A stretch of 64,000 nt of DNA from Acidimicrobiia bacterium (GTDB lineage Bacteria; Actinomycetota; Acidimicrobiia; IMCC26256; JAGPDB01): assembly GCA_018057765.1 (NCBI GenBank), contig JAGPDB010000004.1, positions 12,691 through 76,690 of the forward strand. Reading direction: 5' to 3'. Every line of letters begins with the position of its first letter. Within the stretch, counting starts at the first letter, position 1. Positions 1 to 9,050 of the stretch are shown in pieces. The position numbers were made by a program, and so were the translations under genes. The notes under the pieces are model-generated. The model worked only from the letters and a program-made list of their open reading frames with translations. It was not told the DNA's origin and ran no database searches.

Positions 1-1420
1 TTGAATTGGAAAGTACTTTCATCGTGGATTCATTCATCCCATTTTTTCCCATACTTGTAAAAAGTGAAGATAATTTCATGTCTTTATCTAGGGCATTTTG
101 ATAATAACTAGAAAAAATAGATCCGGTAATAGCTAAACCAAGTGCTCCACCAATCATACGTGTAGTATCGTTCATCGCCGAACCAACACCTGCCTTTTCC
201 CTCGGCACAGAATTCATGATTGCGGAAGTAGCCGGAGCCATTGTAAGACCCGTACCAAGAGACATTAAGACCATCATCCAAACAACATGCAAATAGGTTC
301 CTCCAACCTCAAGAGTGGTCATTGAGAATAATGCAACTGAGACTAAAGATAAACCAATTAATACAGTGGATTTGGTTCCAATTTTTGCACTGACTTTCGC
401 ACTTGATGGTGCTGTTATTATCATTCCTAGCGCGAATGGTATAAATCCAACTCCACTTTTTAGAGCTGAGTATCCCAATACACTTTGTAAGTATTGGCTC
501 AATAAGAAGCTCATCCCAAACATAGCGAAAAATAGTAGTGTAATCGAAAGCGCTCCAGATGAAAATCTTTTATCTTTAAAGAAATGTAATTCCAACATTG
601 CATGGTCGACTTTTGACTCCCAGATAAAGAATGAGATTATTGATATAAAGGCAATTACAAATGCAATTAACACATTAGATTCTTTAAAGCTAGTATCAGC
701 ACCAAATATAATTCCGTATAATAATGACGATAGTCCAACAATGGATAGTGCCGCGCCAATAATATCTAATTTAGTAGCATCTTCATGTTTTGACTCTGGA
801 ACCATCATCGAGTTTGCGATTATTCCACCAACAACAAATGGAACATTTACCATAAATACTGAACCCCACCAAAAATGTTCGATTAAAAAACCACCAGTTA
901 GAGGACCAATAGCTACTCCTACACCAGCAAATGCCGCCCAAATGCCAATTGCTTTTCCGCGCTCTTTTGGTGGAAATACATTTGTGATAATCGAAAGTGT
1001 AGCTGGCATGATTAATGCGCCACCTATACCCATAACTGCTCTACCTATTGTCAACTGCATCGGATTTTGTGCAAATGAAGATAAAAAAGACGCTGTACCA
1101 AAAATAAATAAACCAGTTTGTAAAGCCAGTCGACGACCAAACTTATCTCCAATAGTTCCACAAGTTAATAATAAACCAGCAAAAATTATTGTATATGCAT
1201 CTATGATCCATATCAAATCTGTATCTTTTGTCTTTAATTTATCGCTAATAGTCGGTATTGCAACATTAAGGATTGAATTATCTAAAACAATTACAACAAG
1301 TGACAAACACATGACCGCCAATATCGCGTTTCTTTTAGGATGACCAACCATAGGGTCATATGATGCGTTTATTGTCTTGCTTGATTGATCTTCAGTAGTA
1401 TTTTCTTCGGTATTTGTCAT
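1..1420 (-). CDS. MFS drug/H+ antiporter, DHA2 (EmrB/QacA-like) family; 3' end runs off the window
   Basis: Absent from the ORF track because there is no stop in the window. Reverse-strand translation from ATG 1420 reads MTNTEENTTEDQSSKTINASYDPMVGHPKRNAILAVMCLSLVVIVLDNSILNVAIPTI...GTIGDKFGRR (MFS motif A). It stays open to base 1 through many hydrophobic helices. The listed + ORF 315..1343 is its antisense shadow. Confidence 0.8.
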   Translation of the reverse strand, partial: MTNTEENTTEDQSSKTINASYDPMVGHPKRNAILAVMCLSLVVIVLDNSILNVAIPTISDKLKTKDTDLIWIIDAYTIIFAGLLLTCGTIGDKFGRRLALQTGLFIFGTASFLSSFAQNPMQLTIGRAVMGIGGALIMPATLSIITNVFPPKERGKAIGIWAAFAGVGVAIGPLTGGFLIEHFWWGSVFMVNVPFVVGGIIANSMMVPESKHEDATKLDIIGAALSIVGLSSLLYGIIFGADTSFKESNVLIAFVIAFISIISFFIWESKVDHAMLELHFFKDKRFSSGALSITLLFFAMFGMSFLLSQYLQSVLGYSALKSGVGFIPFALGMIITAPSSAKVSAKIGTKSTVLIGLSLVSVALFSMTTLEVGGTYLHVVWMMVLMSLGTGLTMAPATSAIMNSVPREKAGVGSAMNDTTRMIGGALGLAITGSIFSSYYQNALDKDMKLSSLFTSMGKNGMNESTMKVLSNS

Positions 1421-1471
1421 TTTTCGATTTTAGTTCAAATTAAAACAAAATCAAGTTGTGTGGAGATAAAA

Positions 1472-2413
1472 TTATAGCGAGGGTTTTTTTTCATTATGAG
1501 TAAATCTAGATACTAATTCTCCACCAAAACACGCCACTAATACCCATGTTATTGAGGTTATCGTACACCATGTAGCAACAGTCATAGCTACACCAATTGA
1601 ATTGAATCCTTCCCAGCTATTAAGTAACAGTGGAATTGTAGTTTTCATAATAATAGGTAAAATCATTGAGTCGACAATCGCGCCAGCGAGACCTATTGTC
1701 ATTAAGAATTTTATACCTACAATGCCGTCCCTAACTAGTAGTGCTGGCGTGAAAATCCAAAATAGGTATACCGCTAGAAATTTAACTACAAAATGAACAA
1801 TATGTAATAGGTTTGAAGAATTTTCTGGTAGGAAGTTTGATAAGACTAATGTGATTAAAAATAAATTAAACCAAATAATGCCTCGAGTGATTTCTGAACC
1901 GAGACTAAAGCGGCGAGAATCATATGACGCTGCGAAAACACGTCCAACTTGTATGGCCATTGGAATACCCCAAATGAGAAAGCTTAATAGACCAAAAAAA
2001 GTATAGAAAGATTTTAAATCGGCTCCTGATGGAAATGCACTATGTACTGTTCTTGCTGATTCTCCAACTAGACCAAGTCTGGTGATAACTGCATCGCCAA
2101 TATTAAATCTTTTGTTAAAACCACTTATGCCACTTGCGCCTAAAATGATTATCGGTATTAATGTAGTGAAAAATTCGAGTGTTAGTAGTCCAGCTAGATC
2201 TAATCCATTAATTTTAAAAAACCGTTTTCCAGTTGAAACAAAAATTCCGACACTTTTTGTATTTTCGATTTTTTCTATAGAAACCGTTGTAGTCTCAGTC
2301 ACTTTTTCAATTACCGAACTAGTAGCCTCTTGTGTTTTTTCAACAACAACCTCAGCTATTTTCTTAGCATTGTGGTGATGCGATATAAAACTAAAACCTT
2401 TGGTAATTTTCAT
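1472..2413 (-). CDS. Polytopic membrane protein, possibly YihY/BrkB family
   Basis: 313 aa. A hydrophilic N-terminus is followed by about 6 TM helices. The segment KRFFKINGLDLAGLLTLEFFTTLIPIIILG resembles the YihY N-terminal signature. It lies 6 nt downstream of the 665-aa gene, so the two are probably an operon. Confidence 0.4.
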   Translation of the reverse strand: MKITKGFSFISHHHNAKKIAEVVVEKTQEATSSVIEKVTETTTVSIEKIENTKSVGIFVSTGKRFFKINGLDLAGLLTLEFFTTLIPIIILGASGISGFNKRFNIGDAVITRLGLVGESARTVHSAFPSGADLKSFYTFFGLLSFLIWGIPMAIQVGRVFAASYDSRRFSLGSEITRGIIWFNLFLITLVLSNFLPENSSNLLHIVHFVVKFLAVYLFWIFTPALLVRDGIVGIKFLMTIGLAGAIVDSMILPIIMKTTIPLLLNSWEGFNSIGVAMTVATWCTITSITWVLVACFGGELVSRFTHNEKKPSL

Positions 2414-2419
2414 GTACTT

Positions 2420-4417
2420 TTAGATTAACATCTTCTTAGATCTAATAGAATCATTCGTAGACATTAGATAAGAAAATCCCAAAATTAATACAGTAGCGCC
2501 AACTAAGATTCCAGCGTCATTTAAAAAAGTTCCGAAAAAAGCAAGTATATATAATGATATGTATACGTTGTTATTAATATACAAATATCTTCTTAATATC
2601 AATATCGCCGTAATAAACAGTAATGTTACTAATAGCCATGTAGAACCAAAAGTATAAAGCATCCCTGAGAATTTTCTTATAATTACATCGGCTAAACTGT
2701 GGAATCCTTTGACTTTTATGTCATTAAATAATCTTCCAAGATGAGTTCTTTTATTTGATGGCCTTAAATAGTCTATGTATCCAACAATAATTATTAGAGA
2801 ACTACAAATCAAGCCAGCTAATAGAGTGAAAAGAATATTTATCTTTATTTTTGTTATATATAAATATGTGGCTATAAATGCAGGAATGCTAGAAAGTGCA
2901 CCACCTACATCAGCACCTAATTTAGGATAGCCAATAATAAATAATCCAAACAATAATATTAAAGCATTTAATATTTTGCTTATTTTATTTATTTTGGAAA
3001 ATCTTTTATTAAAACCAATCATTAATACAATTAATGATATTGAAAATGCGGCCGATGCAAAATTTGAGAAACCGTATGAACGTGAATTCGCAATAAAAGA
3101 ATAACCTAATGCTGAATTTGATTGGAAAATATTATTTGTAAATAGATCAACTATTAACATAATTATGAAAAAAGAAAACAAAAAATAAGATTTATTGTTT
3201 ATTTTTTTTAACGGCCATATAGAAATTATAATTCCAATAGAGCTGACGCCTATTAGCCCAATAAACCATTCGAGTAAATTATCTGGATTAATTATATTTA
3301 CAAAAAAAGTTGATAGAAACATCCAGGAAGTGAATAAAGAGAAATAACTAATAATTTTAAGAATTATAGGCCGATATTTTTTAAGTGATCTCAATAATAT
3401 ACTTAAACAAAGTAAAATTGAACCAATTACCACAAATAGTTTTGAAGTAATACTGGATATTTTACTTCTAAATAGTCCTGAATTATTCTCATCAATTCGA
3501 TCTCTTATTAATTTAGAAATAGAATCATGGCTTTTATTTAATGTAACAGCATTTCCTTCAATGTTGGCTATATCGCCTAAACAGAATTGATCAAGAATAC
3601 TAGGAGTTATATCGGAAATTTCTATTAGCCCATCACGTTGTCTTGTACCGCTTAACATTGTTCCTGTTTGGTTATTTACATTTAATGATGCAACACGAAG
3701 TTCGTCTTTCCCTACAAAAGAGTGAGACCCTAATATCAATACCTCTGTTTTGTCATTAGAAAATTTGTCAATAATACTATTAAACTCTGTATCACTACTT
3801 CTTAATGAAATGGAACTTAAATGCACAAATAAAACAGATCTCTTAGTTTTATTTAAAATATTATTTATTTCAGGATCCAGATCCTTGTATACATTTTTTG
3901 CGATGCCCTTTGAATCAGACACCATCATATATGAGTTTTGAATATCGCCCTTTTCTATAAGCGCATAGCTAATATCATTTACTTTTAATGTGTGGCCCAA
4001 AGTTCCAATGGACGCCCCATAAGTACCTTTAATATTATCAGCATATAGTTTTTTTAAATTTAAGTCATATTTATGCTCACCTATTTTTGTTGGAAAAGTA
4101 TTCTCTCCGTGATCAAAAGTTCTGGTACCCGCACTAAATGTTGAATAAAAATTGATTGGTGAACGTACCTTGTTAATTCGGCCAGGAGAGAGCGATGCTA
4201 TATAGCTCTTTGATATATTTTTTTTTAAATTCGGCGTTTCATTTCCAATATCGGACCATTTCAAATTATCAATCACAAAAACAATCATTCTTTTATTTTT
4301 ACAAGTATCTTTTTTAGAAATATTTGAATTAGAAGCAGTATTCGAGCCAAATAAGGATGAAGATAATATCAAAGTAGAAAGTAAAATCTTATAAGCGTAA
4401 GTAAATACTTGTTGCAT
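2420..4417 (-). CDS. Large membrane protein: signal peptide + ~300-aa extracytoplasmic domain (tentatively alkaline-phosphatase-superfamily-like) + ~10 TM helices
   Basis: 665 aa. The N-terminus KILLSTLILSSSLFG looks like a signal peptide. MIVFVIDNLKWSDIG resembles the metal-ligand strand of AlkP/ENPP-type enzymes. The C-terminal half is highly hydrophobic. Confidence 0.4.
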   Translation of the reverse strand: MQQVFTYAYKILLSTLILSSSLFGSNTASNSNISKKDTCKNKRMIVFVIDNLKWSDIGNETPNLKKNISKSYIASLSPGRINKVRSPINFYSTFSAGTRTFDHGENTFPTKIGEHKYDLNLKKLYADNIKGTYGASIGTLGHTLKVNDISYALIEKGDIQNSYMMVSDSKGIAKNVYKDLDPEINNILNKTKRSVLFVHLSSISLRSSDTEFNSIIDKFSNDKTEVLILGSHSFVGKDELRVASLNVNNQTGTMLSGTRQRDGLIEISDITPSILDQFCLGDIANIEGNAVTLNKSHDSISKLIRDRIDENNSGLFRSKISSITSKLFVVIGSILLCLSILLRSLKKYRPIILKIISYFSLFTSWMFLSTFFVNIINPDNLLEWFIGLIGVSSIGIIISIWPLKKINNKSYFLFSFFIIMLIVDLFTNNIFQSNSALGYSFIANSRSYGFSNFASAAFSISLIVLMIGFNKRFSKINKISKILNALILLFGLFIIGYPKLGADVGGALSSIPAFIATYLYITKIKINILFTLLAGLICSSLIIIVGYIDYLRPSNKRTHLGRLFNDIKVKGFHSLADVIIRKFSGMLYTFGSTWLLVTLLFITAILILRRYLYINNNVYISLYILAFFGTFLNDAGILVGATVLILGFSYLMSTNDSIRSKKMLI

Positions 4418-4418
4418 G

Positions 4419-4493
4419 TGGAGCGGGTGACGGGAATCGAACCCGCATCACCAGCTTGGAAGGCTGGTGCTCTAGCCATTGAGCTACACCCGC
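4419..4493 (-). tRNA. tRNA-Gly (anticodon UCC), CCA encoded
   Basis: The reverse complement GCGGGTGTAGCTCAATGGCTAGAGCACCAGCCTTCCAAGCTGGTGATGCGGGTTCGATTCCCGTCACCCGCTCCA folds as a cloverleaf with anticodon loop CTTCCAA. Confidence 0.93.
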
Positions 4494-4545
4494 AACTCTT
4501 AAACATATTTGCATATGTCCGTTCACTTAAGTATTACCACTTAAG

Positions 4546-4623
4546 TGGTCGGGATGCAGGGATTCGAACCCTGGGCCTCCTGGTCCCAAACCAGGCGCGC
4601 TAACCAAGCTGCGCCACATCCCG
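4546..4623 (-). tRNA. tRNA-Pro (anticodon UGG), CCA encoded
   Basis: The reverse complement CGGGATGTGGCGCAGCTTGGTTAGCGCGCCTGGTTTGGGACCAGGAGGCCCAGGGTTCGAATCCCTGCATCCCGACCA has anticodon loop TTTGGGA and T-loop TTCGAAT. Confidence 0.93.
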
Positions 4624-4671
4624 AAGATGAAGAGTTTAATACATTGAGAATGTCTAACTTGGATCATTGTC

Positions 4672-5394
4672 TTATCCTGCTGCTATACCCAGTAATGATG
4701 AAACTGCGAAAGCGCTTATTCCTCCGAGCATAATCCTTGTAAGTGCGGGTTTTATTGGTGCCCCACCTAGTCGAGCGCTGAAGTATCCTAAAAATGCGAG
4801 AGAGATAATTCCTACAAAAATAACTGGGCTGATCAACTCAATCACATTATTATCTAATAACTTTCTTGATATTAGACTAAATATGAAAGGGGTAGCTCCT
4901 CCTAAAGCGAAGGCTATAAACGAAACATAAGCGGCTTGGATCGGATTTGCTTTCGCAAATTCGGTAATACCAAGTTCATCTCTCAAATGAGCCTCTAAAG
5001 CATTGTGAGCTGTTAATTCTTTTGCTACCTCTAATGCTAGATCTTTTGATAGACCTCTATGGCGATAGATTCCTGTTAGTTCAGCTAATTCATCGTCGGG
5101 TTCCGTTTCTAGCTCATAGGTTTCTTTGTCGATATTTGCTTGCTCTATATCTTTTTGTGATGCTACTGAAACATATTCGCCAATTGCCATCGAGAATGCA
5201 CCTGCCACTATTGCGCTAAGTCCTGTTAGCCATAATGTGTTGAACGTTACTTTTGCAGCCAACAAACCTAATAACAATGCAGTCATAGAGACCACGCCAT
5301 CGCTCGTTCCAAGCACTCCTGCTCTAATCCAATTGTGCCTATCTAGCTTATGGGGCTCTAGATGGTTTGGTCTGGTTTTTTTGGATTTTTGCAT
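4672..5394 (-). CDS. VIT1/CCC1-family iron/manganese transporter
   Basis: 240 aa. It carries NWIRAGVLGTSDGVVSMTALLLG and GEYVSVASQKD, followed by an acidic cytoplasmic helix region and C-terminal TM helices. This layout is typical of the VIT family. Confidence 0.8.
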   Translation of the reverse strand: MQKSKKTRPNHLEPHKLDRHNWIRAGVLGTSDGVVSMTALLLGLLAAKVTFNTLWLTGLSAIVAGAFSMAIGEYVSVASQKDIEQANIDKETYELETEPDDELAELTGIYRHRGLSKDLALEVAKELTAHNALEAHLRDELGITEFAKANPIQAAYVSFIAFALGGATPFIFSLISRKLLDNNVIELISPVIFVGIISLAFLGYFSARLGGAPIKPALTRIMLGGISAFAVSSLLGIAAG

Positions 5395-5480
5395 TTGACC
5401 ATACTAACACTTAGATATTGTTGTCCTATTAGATTTGCGATAGTGAATTATCGTTAAAATTATCCTAGAATATAAGGCTT

Positions 5481-6929
5481 ATGCAGACAAAAATTGAACA
5501 CCTAGTTGAAAACTCTATCAGACTTACTATTACAGTACCTGAGGAAGAATTTGAAAAATCTATTGACCAAGCTTTTAAGACAATAGCTAAGCAAGTTAGA
5601 CTTCCTGGGTTTCGTCCCGGTAAAGCACCTCGTAAAATTCTAGAACAACAAGTTGGTAAAGAAGCTGGTAGAGAGCAAGCATTAAATGATTCACTAGGCG
5701 AATACTACATAGTCGCTATAGACGAAAATGATATTGATCCTATTGACTATCCGGAAATTAAATTGACTTCTGGACAAGAGCAAGGCGATGTTATATTTGA
5801 GGCAGTTGTTGATGTGCGGCCTGTAATTGAAGTAACTGGATATGACAAATTAGAAGTTCAAGTTGACGTACCTAGTATTGATGAAGACGGAGTGAATAAA
5901 CAACTTGATTTATTGCGAGATCGTTTCGCTGAACTAGAAAATGTTGACGGGGAAATACAAGATGGTCATTTTGTGACTATCGATCTTAAAGGCTCAATCG
6001 ATGGAGAAGAACAAGACGGATTAAGCGCTGATGATTATTTATATGAAGTTGGTACTGCTCTTATTAGTCCTGCAATGGATGTTGCTTTACGAGGAAAAAA
6101 AGTTGGTGATGAAGTAACATTCTCAGATGAACTTTCAGAAAACTTTGGAGCGCTAGCTACTCAAGAAGCAGAATTTACTATCAATATTAAAGAAGTTCAG
6201 AAAAAGAATCTACCTGAAGCAAGCGATGAGTGGATAAAAGAAAATACTGAATTCGAAACGCGTGAAACGTATGATGCAGATGTAAAAAAGCGTCTAGAGA
6301 ATTTACGCTCGTTCCAAGCGCAAATGCAATTGAAACAAAATGTAATGAATTCATTAGCTGAAATTGTTACAACAGAGCTTCCTGAGAAATTTGTTAAACG
6401 TGAAATAGATGCACGTATAGATCAAATGGCACAAGAATCAAAGATCTCTAGAGATCAAATAGCTCAAGTGATGGAAACTTGGCCAGCAGATGAACGCGAT
6501 GAATTTATGGCAAACGTACAAAAAGATGCAGAAAGTGCTATTAAATCAGACCTTGCAATTCGAGCAATAATGATTCAGGAAGCTATCGAAGCATCTGATA
6601 GCGACGTAGAAGATGAAATACTTAAATATTCTCAAAGTTCTGGCGAAAAAATTAATAAAGTAAGGAATAGACTTGCAAAACCTGGTGTTGAGAAACAGAT
6701 ACGCCAAGATATCGCACGCAATAAAGCAGTAGAGTTTGTTCTTGAAAATGCTGTCGCTAAAGATAAAAATGGTGAAATAATAGACATAAAGAAAACCGAT
6801 CTAAGTGGCGATGAAGATACAGTGTTAAATAACGTTATGGAGATGATCTCCGCTAGCGCTACTGAACATTCTGGACACGATCACGATCATGCAGATCATG
6901 ACCATTCAGATCCTAACCACGTTCACTAG
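5481..6929 (+). CDS. tig: Trigger factor (ribosome-associated chaperone/PPIase) with His-rich C-terminal tail
   Basis: 482 aa. The ribosome-binding motif GFRPGKAPRKILEQ is present. The gene sits upstream of clpP-clpX. The tail reads EHSGHDHDHADHDHSDPNHVH. Confidence 0.92.
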   Translation: MQTKIEHLVENSIRLTITVPEEEFEKSIDQAFKTIAKQVRLPGFRPGKAPRKILEQQVGKEAGREQALNDSLGEYYIVAIDENDIDPIDYPEIKLTSGQEQGDVIFEAVVDVRPVIEVTGYDKLEVQVDVPSIDEDGVNKQLDLLRDRFAELENVDGEIQDGHFVTIDLKGSIDGEEQDGLSADDYLYEVGTALISPAMDVALRGKKVGDEVTFSDELSENFGALATQEAEFTINIKEVQKKNLPEASDEWIKENTEFETRETYDADVKKRLENLRSFQAQMQLKQNVMNSLAEIVTTELPEKFVKREIDARIDQMAQESKISRDQIAQVMETWPADERDEFMANVQKDAESAIKSDLAIRAIMIQEAIEASDSDVEDEILKYSQSSGEKINKVRNRLAKPGVEKQIRQDIARNKAVEFVLENAVAKDKNGEIIDIKKTDLSGDEDTVLNNVMEMISASATEHSGHDHDHADHDHSDPNHVH

Positions 6930-7025
6930 GACTTATAGATTTAATTTAAAAAGTGTAAGCAAAGTTAAAATCTGTAAGCTAAAGTGTTCAATAGAAAATA
7001 GTTAAATTTAAACAAGGAGCCCTAA

Positions 7026-7661
7026 GTGAGCGATTTTTACATTCCAAACCCATCAGTTGTATATAAGAACAACCGTGGACAAGAAGTTTCAATGGATGTA
7101 TGGTCACGTCTTTTACAAGACCGAATTATATATCTAGGAACTCCAATTAATGATTCTGTTGCAAACATGATCATTGCACAATTACTACATCTTGAAAGCG
7201 AAGATCCAGATAAAGATATTTCAATTTATATCAACTCACCTGGTGGAGAAATCACTGGTCTATTTGCAATATATGACACTATGCAATTCATTAAATGTGA
7301 TGTTGCAACAATATGTATTGGTCAATGTGCATCTGCTGCAGCTGTTCTGCTTGCTGCAGGTACTAAAGGTAAAAGATTTGCACTTCCAAATGCACGTATA
7401 TTAATTCACCAACCACTTGGTGGAGCACAAGGACAAGCTACAGAAATAGAAATTCAAGCTAAAGAGATTTTAAGAATTCGTGCCGCACTTGATGATTTGC
7501 TAAGTGAAAAAACTGGACAAACTGCAGAAAAAATTCATGCTGATACTGATCGTGATTATATTATGAGTGCAGAAGAAGCAAAAGAATACGGAATGATCGA
7601 TGCTGTTATGACATCGCGTGATCTTTCAAGTGCTGCATTAGTTGCTGCGAGTTCAAACTAG
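7026..7661 (+). CDS. clpP: ATP-dependent Clp protease proteolytic subunit
   Basis: 211 aa with a GTG start after AAGGAG. Contains [22 protein letters not shown] (Ser), ILIHQP (His) and DTDRD (Asp). Only one clpP copy is present here. Confidence 0.93.
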   Translation: MSDFYIPNPSVVYKNNRGQEVSMDVWSRLLQDRIIYLGTPINDSVANMIIAQLLHLESEDPDKDISIYINSPGGEITGLFAIYDTMQFIKCDVATICIGQCASAAAVLLAAGTKGKRFALPNARILIHQPLGGAQGQATEIEIQAKEILRIRAALDDLLSEKTGQTAEKIHADTDRDYIMSAEEAKEYGMIDAVMTSRDLSSAALVAASSN

Positions 7662-7678
7662 TAAAGAGGTAAGTAATA

Positions 7679-8938
7679 GTGGCAAAGTTTGGTGACAGCG
7701 GAGATCTTTTAAAATGTTCTTTTTGTGGAAAATCACAAAAGCAGGTTAAAAAATTAATAGCTGGTCCTGGTGTCTATATTTGTGATGAATGTATAGAACT
7801 TTGTAATGAAATAATCGAAGAAGAGCTTCATGGTCGTATTGATTCTGAGGCAGTAAATCTTGATGAATTACCAAAACCAGCAGAAATTTTAGATTACCTA
7901 AATGGTTATATAATTGGCCAAGAACGTGCTAAAAAAGTTATGTCGGTAGCGGTCTATAACCACTATAAACGAGTTCGTTTAGGGACTTTTGGCGACGAAG
8001 AGGTTGAATTACAAAAATCTAATATTTTGATGCTCGGGCCTACTGGTTGCGGAAAAACTTTGCTTGCACAAACTTTAGCAAGAATGCTAAATGTTCCTTT
8101 TGCCATTGCTGATGCAACAGCATTAACTGAAGCTGGTTATGTTGGTGAAGATGTTGAAAATATTTTATTAAAACTTATTCAAGCAGCTGATTACGATGTT
8201 AAAAAAGCAGAAACTGGTATTATCTATATTGATGAGATTGATAAAATAACTCGTAAAGCAGAGAATCCTTCAATAACAAGAGATGTTTCTGGTGAAGGAG
8301 TTCAACAAGCATTATTAAAGATTCTTGAAGGTACCATTGCTAGTGTTCCGCCTCAAGGTGGTCGTAAACATCCTCATCAAGAATTTCTACAATTAGACAC
8401 TTCAAATATATTATTTATTTGTGGTGGTGCTTTTCCAGGTTTAGAAAAAATTGTTGAGTCTCGTCTTGGTGGAAGTGGTCTTGGTTTTGGTGCCGATCTT
8501 AAAAAGACAGCTGAAAAAAACCTTAGTGAGATTATGAGTAATATTCTTCCTGAAGATTTAATGGCTTATGGTTTAATACCAGAATTTATTGGGCGACTTC
8601 CAGTTGTTGCTACAGTGAATCATTTAGACGAAGAAGCATTAATTTCAATTTTAACTGAACCGAAAAATGCACTTGTTAAACAATACGAAAAATTCTTTAG
8701 CTACGATAATGTAGAACTCGAATTTAGTGAATCTGCATTACATGCAATTGCTTCACAAGCATTAACGCGTAAAACTGGTGCTCGTGGTTTGCGCGCGATC
8801 ATGGAAGAAGTCTTACTAGAGACTATGTATGAACTTCCTTCTCGAACTGATGTTAAAAAATGTGTAGTTGATGAAAATGTTATTTTAGAACGAAGTGCGC
8901 CAAAATTAATTCTTCAAGGTAACCGAAAGTCTGCATAA
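7679..8938 (+). CDS. clpX: ATP-dependent Clp protease ATP-binding subunit ClpX
   Basis: 419 aa. Zn-finger CSFCGK...CDEC, Walker A GPTGCGKT, Walker [10 protein letters not shown], and GARGLR. Confidence 0.95.
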   Translation: MAKFGDSGDLLKCSFCGKSQKQVKKLIAGPGVYICDECIELCNEIIEEELHGRIDSEAVNLDELPKPAEILDYLNGYIIGQERAKKVMSVAVYNHYKRVRLGTFGDEEVELQKSNILMLGPTGCGKTLLAQTLARMLNVPFAIADATALTEAGYVGEDVENILLKLIQAADYDVKKAETGIIYIDEIDKITRKAENPSITRDVSGEGVQQALLKILEGTIASVPPQGGRKHPHQEFLQLDTSNILFICGGAFPGLEKIVESRLGGSGLGFGADLKKTAEKNLSEIMSNILPEDLMAYGLIPEFIGRLPVVATVNHLDEEALISILTEPKNALVKQYEKFFSYDNVELEFSESALHAIASQALTRKTGARGLRAIMEEVLLETMYELPSRTDVKKCVVDENVILERSAPKLILQGNRKSA

Positions 8939-9050
8939 AATTTTTCTGTGGATGATTTAGCTGAAAAGTATAAATCTTGTCACGCTAATTGATTCGTTTA
9001 ATTCGCAAAAATTCTCGTATATATATTAATTATAATGTAAACCTTTTGGT

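Noticed and set aside
315-1343. 342-aa + strand ORF listed in the track
   Set aside because: It is low-complexity, rich in Ile, Asn and Pro, and has no recognisable motif. The opposite strand encodes a continuous MFS transporter with motif A (GDKFGRR) starting at 1420, so this is an antisense shadow ORF.
4409-4733. + strand ORFs 4409..4603 and 4545..4733
   Set aside because: They are read across the tRNA-Gly and tRNA-Pro genes, for example GIEPAS from the T-arm. These regions are tRNA genes, not coding sequence.
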